This document shows positions 14,617 to 27,650 of a stretch of 64,000 nt of DNA, piece after piece; position 1 is the stretch's first letter; each line of letters opens with the position of its first letter. The DNA is from Octopus bimaculoides (lineage: Eukaryota): NCBI RefSeq assembly GCF_001194135.2, contig NC_068985.1:75760079-75824078 (forward strand), read 5' to 3'. Under the pieces are notes generated by a model. The model did no database searches. It saw nothing but the letters and a program-made list of their open reading frames with translations, and was not told the origin of the DNA. A program made the position numbers and the translations under genes.

Positions 14617-15772
14617 GTGTGGCACCTTGCGCAAAAGTCTTCTGCTATAGCCAACAAAAGTTTGTGAGTGGATTTGGTAGATGGAAACAGAAAGAAGCCT
14701 GTCAATTGTGTATAAATATCTGTATGTATGTCTTTGTGCTTGTATTTGTCCCCCATCACTGCTTGACAACCAGTGTTGGTATGTTTAGATCCCCATCACT
14801 TAGCAGTTTGGCAAAAGTGACCACTAGAATAAGAACCAGGCTTAAAAAGAAAATAAGTACTGGGGTGCTCCAGCATGGCCACAATCTAGTGACTGAAACA
14901 AGTAAAATGTAATGGTAACATCTACATTAGTATTGATACCAAATTGTATCAGTGTTAGTTTCCTTTTGGGCAACACTATTGACATGAACAGAGGAGACTT
15001 GTATACATAGAGCAATAGCCAGTCTTTCACAAAAGTATCTTACCCAAGTTATGCCAAGGAACTATTGAAGTAGAGAATCCTATGGTCAACAATGACAGAA
15101 GGAAGGTCTAGAATGTTAACCTATCTTCAGACCAAAATTTACAGAAGAAAAAAAAAAAAAAAGTTGGTAGACTTATACACCAATTACAACTTTGGGAGGC
15201 CTAAAAATTTTATGTGAAATGAAGCAAGATTTGGAAAGATAGTGACAATACCTAAATGTTTACATTACATATTATATTGACTTGGAATGAAATGCCACTA
15301 AACATTTTCCCTGGAATGCTAATGATTTTTCCAGCTCACTGCTTTGACCTAAAATTTTGGCACAGGGTCAGCTTTTTTTGAAGGGAGGGAAAAGTCAATT
15401 ACTTGACTGGTACTTATTTTATCGACCCTGAAAGGCAACACTGATTCGGTGGAATTTGAGCTCAGAACATTGACATGCAAAAATGCTGCTAAGCATTTTG
15501 TCTGATGTGCTAACAGTTTTGCCAGTTTGCTGCCTTACCTGTAATAGTTATATAACAAAAACAAAAATGTTACCCTTTCCTACTTATGGATTTTTTTTTT
15601 TTATATTTCAACAGTCCTTACTGACCCTGCTATAAACATGATCCTTCATGTACATACAACACCCACTACTCCACAATATTACAGTTGCTTCCTATTAAGT
15701 CACAGCATGTTAAGATATTTGCATGAAGTTTAGAAGCTGTAGACTATAAACTTTCTGAAGGTGTGAATATTT

Positions 15773-15841
15773 AAGAATGTAGGCACAGATAAGACAAGAA
15801 TGTAAGCACAGGTAAGACAAAAATGTAAGCACAGGTAAGAC
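15773..15841 (+). repeat. 23-bp tandem repeat x3
   Basis: AAGAATGTAAGCACAGGTAAGAC with 1-2 substitutions per unit. Confidence 0.9.
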
Positions 15842-16060
15842 TGTGCAGTTATGAAGTTCACTTTGCAAACCATGTGGCTTCAGTCCCCATCCCACTTCCA
15901 CCTTGAGCAAGTGTGTTCACTACAGCAACTGCATAAAGTAGTATTCTCTTAACAATTCTTTCTGCACACCCATTCACTCTATCTAGTATTCATTCTTTTG
16001 TGGAGTATATAGCACAAAATGTATGGACAGCATGGAACAGACAATAGATCTTTGTTCCTT

Positions 16061-16635
16061 TTCATCTTTTATTTGTTTCAGTCACTGGGCTGTGACCATG
16101 CTGGGGCACCATCTTGAAGGGTTTAGTCAAACAAATCGACCCCAGGACTTATTCTATCGGTCTCTTTTGCTGAACCAGTAAGTTACGAGGACGTAAACAC
16201 ACCAGCATCGGTTCTCAAGCGATGTTGGGGGGACAAACACAGACACACAAACATATACACACATACATATATATACATATNNNNNNNNNNNNNNNNNNNN
16301 NNNNNNNNNNNNNNNNNNNNNNNNNNNNNNNNNNNNNNNNNNNNNNNNNNNNNNNNNNNNNNNNNNNNNNNNNNNNNNNNNNNNNNNNNNNNNNNNNNNN
16401 NNNNNNNNNNNNNNNNNNNNNNNNNNNNNNNNNNNNNNNNNNNNNNNNNNNNNNNNNNNNNNATATGATGGGTTTCTTTCAGTTTCGGCCAACCAAATTC
16501 ACTCACAAGGCTTTGGTCGGCCTGAGGCTATAGTAGTATAGTAGAAGACATTTGCCCAAGGTGCCACGCAATGGGACTGAACCCAGAACCATGTGGTTGG
16601 TAAGCAAGCTACTTACCACACAGCCACTCCTGCGC
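16061..16635 (-). mobile_element. tRNA-derived SINE with CORE-like motif (CCTTGGGCAAGTG) and internal (TA)/(TG) tract
   Basis: Most abundant family here; other copies at about 7.2, 8.2, 14.5, 20.9, 22.7, 23.3, 23.7, 32.5, 35.0, 44.6, 50.3, 54.0, 55.6, 58.8 and 60.2 kb. Contains gap 16281-16462. Confidence 0.85.
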
Positions 16636-16642
16636 TGTGTGG

Positions 16643-16854
16643 AATCAGAAAATGGGAGAAAACCTCAAATCAAAAAGCACATCAACTGGATCACATTTAT
16701 AGCTTATTATTTAATACAAAACATGGCATAACATTTATGTGATTTAAATGTTATGTCACATAGATGTTATGCCATGTTTTTTATTAAATAATAAGCTATA
16801 AATGGGGCCCAATTGATGTGCATGTTGATCTGAGGTCTTCTCCATTTTCTGATT
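16643..16854. repeat. Long inverted repeat (fold-back)
   Basis: Arms 16643-16742 and 16756-16854; outer ends AATCAGAAAATGG(G)AGAA. Confidence 0.88.
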
Positions 16855-17024
16855 ATTTATATTTGTTTCCTGATAAACTTTTGTTTATTCTGTTGTTACC
16901 TGTACCATAAGAGCATAGTGTGCCTGCATACCCATGCCCAGAGATAACATGGGTGACGGATACCACTAGTATATACGAATATTTTATCCCTTAGTTAGTT
17001 ATTATAACTGCTAACACTGCTTAG

Positions 17025-17093
<69 letters not shown>

Positions 17094-17095
<2 letters not shown>

Positions 17096-17587
17096 GAAAA
17101 CAGCAAATGGAGAAGTACTGATTAACAACTATAGACTTACATCAATTATCATTTATTAATTCAATGCAAACAGACTGCATCCTATCTAACAGCTGTTTCT
17201 ACTTCCAATGTTATATGGTATTGCAAAATATTAATCATATTTGGTAATAAAACCAATTTGAAACAAAGAGCTTCATCAGAATGAAGAATAAATAGTCTTT
17301 TACTTAACGGCCCAAAGAGACACACAAGCAAAATGGTATGATTACAACTATATTCAACTTTACTCTATTTATTCTTCAAATCTGATGAAGCTCCTTGTTT
17401 CAGATTGATTTTATTATGAAATATGATTAATATTTTTACATATTTTGAATATCAATGGCAATACCATATAACATTAGAAGCAGAAACAACTGTTAGATGG
17501 GATGCATCTATTTGCATTGAATTAATAAATAATAATTGACGTAAGTCAATTGTTGTTAATCAGTACTTCTCCATTTTCTGTTTTCTT
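17094..17587. repeat. Long inverted repeat (fold-back)
   Basis: Arms 17094-17295 and 17365-17587 (the right arm has a ~21-nt extra segment); outer ends AAGAAAACAG(A/C)AAATGGAGAAG. Confidence 0.9.
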
Positions 17588-17757
17588 TAAATTTTGATTC
17601 TTGATAAACCCATGATTATCCTTGTCTTTACCTATAACAGCTTATGAACATAATATGTTTGCATATGTATGCCCATGGTTAAATATAGGTAATATACCAG
17701 TAGTGTAATGGATACTTCTATCCCTTAGATGGTTATCTTAACCTCTAACTCAACTAA

Positions 17758-17800
<43 letters not shown>

Positions 17801-18215
17801 CGAACTTCTTCCAGTTTCTGTCTAATAAATCTACTCACAAGGCTTTGGTTGGCCTGAGGCTATAGTAGAAGACACTTGCCCAAGGTGCCACACAGTGGGA
17901 CTGAACCAAGAACCATGGGGTTGGGAAGCAAGCTTCTTACCACACGGCCACACCCATGCTCTTTCCAACAGGAAACTGAATTCCAGGTTTGGTTCAGGGT
18001 GAGAGAATCATATATCTGTCATTCTCAAATGACAGTGTTTATAAGAAATATATCTGTTTGCAGTAATACATATTGTCAACAAAAAGAAAAAAAAGTGTCT
18101 ATGTGAGTGATATTACCCCGAGTTATAAAATGAGTTATTTTTATTGTCAGCTCTAGGTGTGAATCAATCTAGCATGTAAGTTGCTAGATATTCATATCTC
18201 TTATGCTAATGGGAA

Positions 18216-18246
<31 letters not shown>

Positions 18247-18480
18247 AACAATATCAAATATGAACACGTTTGTGTAAGTCACTCCACCAAATTTAAATGA
18301 TATCTATACGGCTGTCTGTATTTCCTCTCTATTCTTCTTATGCTTTGCTAATGCTCCTAAAAATATGGTAACCTTCACTTAAATATTACCTTGACTTAGC
18401 TAAATCTATCCCTACATCACTCCTATTCACCTACCATAGACACAATTAAAACCACTCCTCTCTCTCTTGCTTTCGCTCTA

Positions 18481-18518
<38 letters not shown>

Positions 18519-19634
18519 ATCATCATCACTGAAAAGTCTTGCTTTCCCACTTCTGCCTTTCTTCAACTCTCATTGTTGTTTATCCCAAGTTCAGCCCTAA
18601 CTATGCAAACCAATGACGAAGAAAGCTTTTCAGCTTTAATCATTAGTTTCTTTTTTTTAAAAAAAAAAAAAGAAAAAGAAAAAGGGTACCAAGCCAGGTT
18701 AAGGACCTTGTCAAACTGTGATGAGATCTGCTACTGGTACCAAGTAAACCACTACAACCTGTTCTATGCTCAAGTGGTTGCCAACTAAACCACCCCCACT
18801 TAAGTAGCTTGCTACTCATGTGAAGAATGTCTGAACACCCAGCAGGACTAGAAACAAGGCCTGTTGAAGAATGGATGAGCTCCCCGTGGGCCAATGGCCT
18901 TCCAGTTGGGGAAAGCAATGGCAAACCAAGAAAATACTATGAGAATGTGAGAATGAAGTAACGCTATAGCTTCATCCAATACGAGAACTTGCATTTAATT
19001 GGGAAGACTTTTGTTGTAGTGTCATCAATACTTTGTAAAAAAGCGTACCATGATGATGATGATGATAACAATCTAGGATCCCATTAGTTAATTAATCTAT
19101 TTTATTAATGAAGGCATGTGGCTTGGTGGTTAGGATATGTGGCTCACTATCCTAAGGTCGTGAGTTTAATTCCTGGCAATGCATTGTGTCCTTGAGCAAG
19201 ACACTTTATTTCATGTTGCTCCAGTTCACTCAGTTGGAAAAAATTAGTAGTACCTGTATTTCAAATGGCCAGCCTTGACACAGTCTGTGTCACTCCCAGA
19301 GAACTATGTTAAAAGTACATATGTCTGTGGAGTGCACAGCCACATGAATGTTAATTTCACAAGCATTCTGTTCTGCTGATCAGATCAACTGCAACCCTTG
19401 CCATCATAACCGACAGAGTTCCAGCAATTTTATTTAAGTGAAACTTGACTATGTCTATGATGATGACCACACAGAAGTTCCTTTGATGGCTGAGGTATGG
19501 TGTAATAGTCCAATGAAACCTAGTCATTCCCTGTAGTATCATCATTGAACAGTTATAAAATTTATTCAAATAATAATAGGATCCATCATACCTTTATTTT
19601 ACCAAAAATCCTCAGCACCATAATGCTAATAATA

Positions 19635-19995
19635 TGGATCATGGAAGTTGCAGAAACAATTATAACTCAACTGATTAGGATGAGATGCAGTTTGGTTTTG
19701 TGCCCGATCAACTAAAATGATTAGTCCCTCTGTTTAAAATATCTGGTGAAGTAGACTACAGCCAAGTCACCCATATAGTTAATTGGGTTAACAGGAAGGT
19801 ATCATATCTGATGAGTGGTGTAGCAGTATTATTCAAGGGTAGATGCCTCAGAGAGAAGTAATTACAGAGGTATCAAAGTGCTAGACCAGGTCATGAAAAT
19901 TACAAGATTATAGCTCATCAAATTAGGAAAAGAGTTAGACAAGGTAAGAGGCAATTTGATTTTGTACCCAGAAGTACCAATGATGTCACTGAGTA
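19635..19995 (+). mobile_element. RTE-clade LINE RT fragments (same type as 36.6-38.0 kb)
   Basis: KISGEV...VTHIVN, DEWCSSII, ERSNYRGIKVLDQVMKIT and QFDFVPRST, preceded by a second DEMQFGFVP piece. Confidence 0.8.
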
Positions 19996-22900
19996 CAGCA
20001 ATGAATTAGTGTGCAGGTAGGAGTATTTGGTACAAAGCCACCTCCCTCAATATTGTACTCCTACTCAGTGGAGGGGTTTTGTCTTGTGAGTTACTCAGTT
20101 GTGAAAGTAGACACCAGATCCCATCAACCTGTCCAACCCATACCTTCATGGAAAACAGACATTAACTGATGATGATGATGCTGATGATTAAATGAAATAA
20201 AAATTGTTTCTGAAAGAAAACATTATATATATATGTTATATATGTTTTGCAAAATAAATTTTTATTAAGTTTTAATAAAAGACATCTTATCTTGTACAAT
20301 TTTTTTACAGACTCATTGAGTTCCTTGGAGCCTCCTCAGAAAAACAGTGACAAAAGGTAGCACTATTTAGCCTCATGTAAGCACTGTGAAGCAGATAAAA
20401 AAAAGAAAAAAAATTCTAAAATACTTCCTAGCTTAAATAATCATTTACCTTTAAAAGAAAGCTAGTATAACTAGAATTAAGTCAATCAATATGTCCTTTT
20501 CTTAATTGTAGATTCTGATTTAGCTGTAACCATGACAACCATGCAGAGTCTCCCACACTGCTTCAAGAACAATCATGTTTGTGAATGAGGAGGTGTAGCA
20601 ATTATGAGACATCAGGTATGGTGTCATTACAGATGTGTCATAGAGATTACACTAACTGACTCAAAATATCAGGTTATCTGTATTAAAAGCTCAGGTATCA
20701 GATACTTTTGGCTTCTCAAACATCCGCACAGCAGGTGTGCAATGGTCATCATATCAACCAGGTAAAATATCTAGTTACAATGATTCATACCTTTGATGAA
20801 ATTACTGATATGAAATATCACAGATGCAGCTGATCATCAGGTTAGTAATACTGGACAGAGAGATCTTGTTGCATTCATGAAATGTGTAAATTTGCTACGG
20901 CAATGTTCTAAAAATAAAAGAAAAGAAAAATAAATATATATAGGTACTGGTGTAGTTGTGTGGTAAGAAGCTTGCTTCCCAACCACATGGTTCTAGGTTC
21001 AGTTTCACTGCATGCCACCTTGAGCAAGTGTTTTCTACTATTGACTTGAGCTGACCAAAACCTTGTGAATAGATGTGGTAAACAGAAAAAGAAAGAAGCC
21101 CATTGTATGTGTGTGTGTGCATTTTGTGTGTGTGTTTTGTATGTGTACATTTTGTGTGTGTGTTTTGTATGTGTGCATTTTGTGTGTGTGTTTTGTATGT
21201 GTGCTTGTGTCTGTGTTTGTCCCCCCACCACTGCTTGACAGCTGGTCTTTGTTTCTTTACATCCTCATAACTTAGTGGTTTAGTGAAAAGAGACTGATAG
21301 TGTAAGTACCATGCTTAAAAAAGTAAAAAAAAAATTTCTGGGTTGATACATTTGACTACAAGTTTTTCAAGGTGGTGCCCCAGTATGTCCATAGCCTAAT
21401 GACAGAAACATGAAAGATGAAGGAAATTAAAAGGGCATTTGCATTTGATTTAGCTACTAAAGGCACTGAAATTACTTGGTGATAACAGACCAGAGTAGCA
21501 TTGTTTAACAGAATGTTACAAGGGCTATTTAGGTGCACCATAGCTTTAAAACAAATTTAATTTAAAGTGTTAAAGATTCCATACTAGTACTCAAATATCT
21601 TGCAAAACATGTCATTCATAATTTTGTTTAAGCAAAGGTGATTAATAAAACAAAGAGACAATAGATTTTCTGCTTCTTTTTTCCCCGCTAAAATTTTAAC
21701 TTTAAAAAATTTTTGTAAATATAAACTTTTAATTTAAAGCACATCAGCAACATTGTGTTTGATCTTCAATCATCAACAGAGTTTAAACAAAGAACCACTA
21801 AACTAGAGCTTAGTAGCAGCAGTAGTAGTGGTAGTTGTGTAGTAGTTGTAGTATTAGTAATAATTATTTTCTAATATCAGTTAGAAATACCCACCCACTA
21901 CAAAAGACCCAAGATCCTAAAACCAAGGTACCATGTAAGAAGCACTGCTGTGAGTGCTGGTGCCACTTAAAAAGCACTGGTGATGGTGCTACATAAAAAG
22001 CACTAGTGCTTGTTCCACATAAGCACTGGTGATGGTGCCATGTAAAAGACACCCAGTCTGAATACAGCCAATTTCCTCCAGAAAGAGGGATGTTTAAACA
22101 AATAGAAAGAAATCCCAATACAGGATTGATACTTCTCGATACTTATTGAAAGATAAAAGAAAAAGTTAACTTTGTCAGTATTTGAATTCAAAGCAGAGAG
22201 AGCTTGAACAAATGCTGCAAGACAATCTATCTAATGCTCTAACAAGTCTGCAAGTTGGCTACCTGAATGAAGCTTCCCCACTGCACAATAATGAAATGCA
22301 CTCCACTGAAGTTTCTTAAATTTCTAAACTTGCTAAATGTATTCATCTCAATCAATTCTTATGACCTAACAGTTCAATTCTGGGATTCTTCTACAAATAC
22401 TACCTTATATAACTTCAAGCTAAGCATCAACTCTTAATTTCCCAATTAAAGGAGTGTCTCTCAGCTCATGAGAAACATAAAATAAGTTTTACTTATATTT
22501 AATAACTTATTTTCTCCACATGACTGTATTTTCCAAATCTTCACATGTTTGCTTCATTACATTTTGTGCTACACTTGTTTACAAAATAATAACAGTAATT
22601 CAATGCACTTCGCTATATTAAGTTCGTAACAGATGTCACATGAAGCATCAAGTTCATCACAATGTGTGTGTGTGTATAAATATATATTCTTTTATTCTTT
22701 TACTTGCTTCAGTCACTTGATTGCAGCCATGCTGGAGCACTGCCTTGAAGGGTTTTAGTCAAACAAATCAACCTCAGTACTTATTTTTTAAAGCCTAATA
22801 CTTATTCTATTGGTCTCTTTGGCTAAACCACTAAGTTATGGGGACATAAACATACCAACACCGGTTGCCAAGCAGAGATGAGGAGACAAACACAGACACA

Positions 22901-23045
22901 AACAGATATGTCTACCAAATCCACTCACAAGCCTTTGGTCGACCCATGGCTATAGTTGACCCAGAACCATTTGGTTGAGAAGCAAGCTTCCTACCACACA
23001 GCCATGCCTGCACCCACATATATATATACACGTGTGCCATTGGTA

Positions 23046-23210
23046 ATTTCTTTTCCTTCTTTAGACTTTTCCCTTTCTCCTTTCCAACAAAGAGCTATGC
23101 TTGAAACATCAAACTCTCTCCTTTCACCGAGCATCAAGGTTATACATTTCTTATGCACATCCTCGCATTATCTGCTTTTATTTGCTTATTTGAATTGTTT
23201 ATATATGGAC
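23046..23210 (+). mobile_element. Short hammerhead-bearing repeat, copy 1 (decayed)
   Basis: TTT-CCAACAA-A-GAGC TAT GCTT-GAAA-CA-T-C-AAA at 23081-23113, followed by CCGAGCATCAAGGTTATACA. Homologous to 32095-32255. Confidence 0.6.
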
Positions 23211-25099
23211 AGAGGGAGTGTTCTATAGTGTTTGGATGACAATCTTTATATAGATATAATACAAAGTAAATTGTTTTATACAATATTTTATGATTAAAAA
23301 GCTTGCTTTGCAAGCACATGGTTTTGGGTTCAGTCCCACTGCACAGCACCTTGGGCAAGTGTTTTCTGTTATAGCCACAGGGCAATCGGTAGCTTACAAG
23401 TAAACTTGAGAGAAAGAAACTGTACAGAAGTCCATCATATATATGTGAGTGCATCTTTGTCTCAGCACCACTTTTCAAGTGGTGTTGGGTTGTTTACATC
23501 CCCATAACTAATGAGTTTATAAATAAGACTGATAGATAAAGTACCAGACTTTATAAAATAAGTATTGAAAGGAATTTAATGAACTAAAACCCTGCATGGT
23601 CACAGATCAATGACTTCAACAAGTAAAAGATAAATTGTAGGACAATCAAACTATATAATAATATACCTTTATCTTTAATTTTTTACTTCTTTCAGTCAGT
23701 TAGACTGTGGCCATTCTGGGGCACTGCCTTGAAGAACTTTAGTCAAATGAATCAACTCCGGTACTTACTGTTTTTTTAAAGTCTGGTACTTGTTCTATCA
23801 GTCTCTTTTGCTGAAGCACTGAGTTACAGGGACATAAACAAACCAACACAAGTTATCAAGTAGTGGTGGTGGACAAACAAAGACACACACACACACAATG
23901 GAGTTCTTTCAGTTTCCATCTACTAGATCTACTCACAAAGCTTTGATCGACTTTAGGCTATAGTAGAAGACATTTGCTCAAGGTACCATGCAGTGAAACT
24001 GAAACTAGAACCATGAGGTTGGGAAGGAAACTTAACACACATCCATGCCTTTGCCTTAATTTAATTAATTTAAATTCTGTTGTCTTCCCTGCCATGTTTG
24101 ATCAGAGCCAGCAACTAAGAAAATGGTTGCTTCTCCTTATTACCGGAGTAAAAATAAAGGAGTAATGGGTAAAAATAGGATATAATGATTGACTGCTGAA
24201 TGTATCCTGCTTCATGCTCAAAATTTCTGAGTTGTATCACTGACTCAATTTAAGCTGCTGCACTAACTTGATGCTGATCATGCACTCTTTTAGTCTTAAT
24301 ACTTATTTTTGCCAACTGAGTAGACAGGACCAATGTAAAATAAAGTGTCTTGCCCACGGATACAACATGCTTCTCTCACTGGGAATTGAACTTATAGCCT
24401 TATGATTGAGAGTTCAGTTGCTTAACCACTAAGCCATATGTCTTCTCAGCATGGGTATAATTTTAATCTGTTAAAATTTCTTGGTTCACGACATCATGTA
24501 TGTCAATATCAACTCAACAAACGTAACAGATTTTTATGGAGAATTATTCTTCTGGATGCCTTTGTGTGTTGTGTTGTTGTTCAGTCTCAGCTCAGCTCTG
24601 ATTGAACAGACCTCTTATCAAAGGCTTTGCACCTATGCTATTCTGTTTTCTTGAATAACCAAGAGTATATTGTCTATCCAATGTACTAAAAAGTTAACAG
24701 TCTGCTGGATCTTTTTCTTTTTTTTTTCTTTTTTTTTTCTTTTCAAAACCTGGAAAAGGTGTGTTTATAAAACACTAATCTGTAAAAAGAAGCACTGAGC
24801 TACAAAGCACTGAAATCCACTGAATGAATGTATACACTTCATTACCTAAAGCTATGAAGCATACCATAAATAGTGCATACATCCAATAGCAATTGTTAAT
24901 GCTTGTTAACATGCTGGTTGTATGTGCAAAACTAATTATTTTAAAAAGTTAACAATTTTAAATGTGAAAGTTACATTACTGAATAAATATGTTTGTACTG
25001 ATAAAAAAGCTCCAGTACACAACCTTAGAATAAAAGTATGGATATAAAAAAGAAGTATAGCTTATGGTTGATTAAAATTAATCCATAATTAAACTTCAA

Positions 25100-25320
25100 C
25101 CCTTTAGCATTCAGATTACTCTGACAAACGTAATGCTTATTCATTCATGTGGTTTTGAATCAAACATGCATTATCTCATACCTTTGAGAATTTCACAATG
25201 TAACTGCTTATGCTTTAGAATGACATTGTATGGTAGGTGTGAGAGGCTTTATCTGGTCAGTATGAACATAAAACAGGTACAATACTTGGGCCAAATATGG
25301 CTGGTTTAAAAGCTGAAGGG
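25100..25320. mobile_element. piggyBac-type MITE
   Basis: Termini CCCTTTAGCATT ... AAGCTGAAGGG with degenerate TTAA flanks (TCAA/TTTA); homologous to 30447-30665. Confidence 0.65.
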
Positions 25321-25896
25321 TTTAGTCATAAGAGGTATGAAAACATTAAATATTTTACTGATTTTTCACTATATGATGTATGTGTGGTGGGTTATAGTAT
25401 ATTTGAGTTCACATTGTACTCATGTGAATATGGAAAAACAACTTACAAAAATAATTCAGTGACCTCACTGCTGCTGTTGCCATGTAAAAAGTACCCAATA
25501 CACTTTGTTAAATAGTTGGCATCAGGAATGGTATTGAGATGTAGAAACCATGCCAAAATAGACAACAGTTTGGAGCAGTCTTCTGATTTGCCATTTCCTG
25601 TCAAACTGTCTTAATCATAGCAGTATAAAAAAACAGTAGTTGAGTGATAATGATGAATGATAATGATGACATGTATATATGTATAACCAAATTCTTCAAA
25701 TAAACTAACTTAACTTTTCTTTTAGGTGCAGGCATAGCTACATGGTTAAAAGAAGCTTGCTTACAACCATGTGGTTTTGGGGTCACTTGCACTGTGTAAC
25801 ACCTTGGACAAGCATCATCTTCTTTAGTCATGGGTTGACCAAACCTTTATGAGTAGATTTAGTAAATGGAAACAGAAAAAAGCCTGTTTTTGTGTG

Positions 25897-25994
<98 letters not shown>

Positions 25995-26244
25995 TATATA
26001 TATATATATATATGTGTGTATATTTATATTTTTATATACACACACACACACAGGGCTCTTAGCAGAACCAAAGGCTCCAAGGCAAATTAATGCACTGAGC
26101 CCCTACGTCTATTTACTGACAATAAGCCACAGAATACATACAGGGGTTGGAGAAAATAATGGAAACACCTAGCATCATAGTATCATAATTTTGAAATATC
26201 TATAAAACCATCAAAAGCTTGTTTATTTTTATGTTTCTGGATTT

Positions 26245-26542
26245 AGCAAGATCGTTGCCAGTGCCACTGGACTGGCTCCTGTGCAGGTGGCACGTAAAAT
26301 ACACCATTTTGAGCGTGGCTGTTGCCACTACCGCCTGACTGGCCTTCATGCCAGTGGCACGTAAAAGCACCCACTACACTCTCGGAGTGGTTGGCATTAG
26401 GAAGGGCATCCAACTGTAGAAATTCTGCCAAATCAGATTGGAGCCTGGTGTAGCCATCTGGTTCACCAGTTCTCAGTCAAATCGTCCAACCCATGCTAGC
26501 ATGGAAAGCGGACGTTAAACGATGATGATGACGATGATGATG
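26245..26542 (-). mobile_element. SINE-like repeat nested in the Tc1 element
   Basis: Same family as 1-203; interrupts the Tc1 5' region between the TIR and the ATG. Confidence 0.85.
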
Positions 26543-26615
26543 TTGCTTAATGTTTTGCTAACATTGCTGTTTCTTTTCAGATATCATCAGAAAAGGGTAA
26601 TTAAAATTCATTAAA

Positions 26616-27650
26616 ATGACAGATCTATCGGACTTTCAAAGAGGTCAAATTGTTGGTGTTCATATGGCAAGTGCCAGCATAATGAAAAAAGCCAAAATGT
26701 TTGGTGTATCAAGAACTACTGTCTCAAAAGTAATGACAGCCTTTGAGAAAGAGGGAAAAACCTCCTCGTCAAAATAAAACTCCGGAAGAAAACCAAAACT
26801 TTCAGATAGGGACCGTCAGACTCTTATGCAAAATGTTAGAAAGGACAGCTCCCAAAATTACTGCAGGGCTTAATGACCACCTTGAGAGCCCAGTTTCCAC
26901 AAAAATTGTTCCCTGGGAGCTGCAAAAAGCCAGATTTCATGGGAGGACTGCAATCAGAAAACCAATACTTTCAAAAATATTGCAAAGCATTTAGAGTGGA
27001 GTAAAAACCTACAGAATAGGTCCCTAGAGCAGTAGAAGAATGTTATTTTCTTGGAAGAGTCATCCTTTACCCTATTTCTGACCACTGGCCAAGTATGCAT
27101 GTGGAGACAGCCAAAAGAAGTATTTAACCCAGATTGCCTTCTTCCAACTGTTAAACATTGAGGAGGATCTGTGATGATATGTGTGGGGGGCTATATCTTG
27201 GAAATCTGCCAGTCAATAGTTTCCTTTCATGGCAGAATTAATAGTCAAGACTATTTAAGAATTTTATCTGTTCAAATTCATCCTATGATTGCAGAACTGT
27301 TTCTGGAGGGAAACGCAGTCTTTCAGAATGATAATGCACCAACTCACACAGCTAAAGTTTTTACTGAATGGCATGAGGAACATTCTAGTAAACTTGAACA
27401 TCTTATCTGGCCACCACAGCCTCCAGATCTCAATATTATTGAACATTTATGGTGCATTTTAGAAAAACAAGTAAGCAGTCGATATCCTCCACCATCATCA
27501 CTACAAGAACTGGAGATTGTTTTAGCTGAAGATTGGACAAAAATTCCTTTGGAAACAATTCAAACTTTGTACGAGTCCATACCTCATAGAATTCAAGCTG
27601 TAATTACTGCCAAAGGTGGTCCTACCCTATATCAAAATAAATTTGTTTGA
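26616..27650 (+). pseudogene. Tc1-family transposase pseudogene
   Basis: MTDLSDFQRGQIVG...VSRTTVSKV...SGRKPKLS HTH region; premature TAA at 26775 and frameshifts. Catalytic region FQNDNAP (D at 27330) ... PDLNIIEHLW (E at 27441), ending ...AKGGPTLY. Confidence 0.93.
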
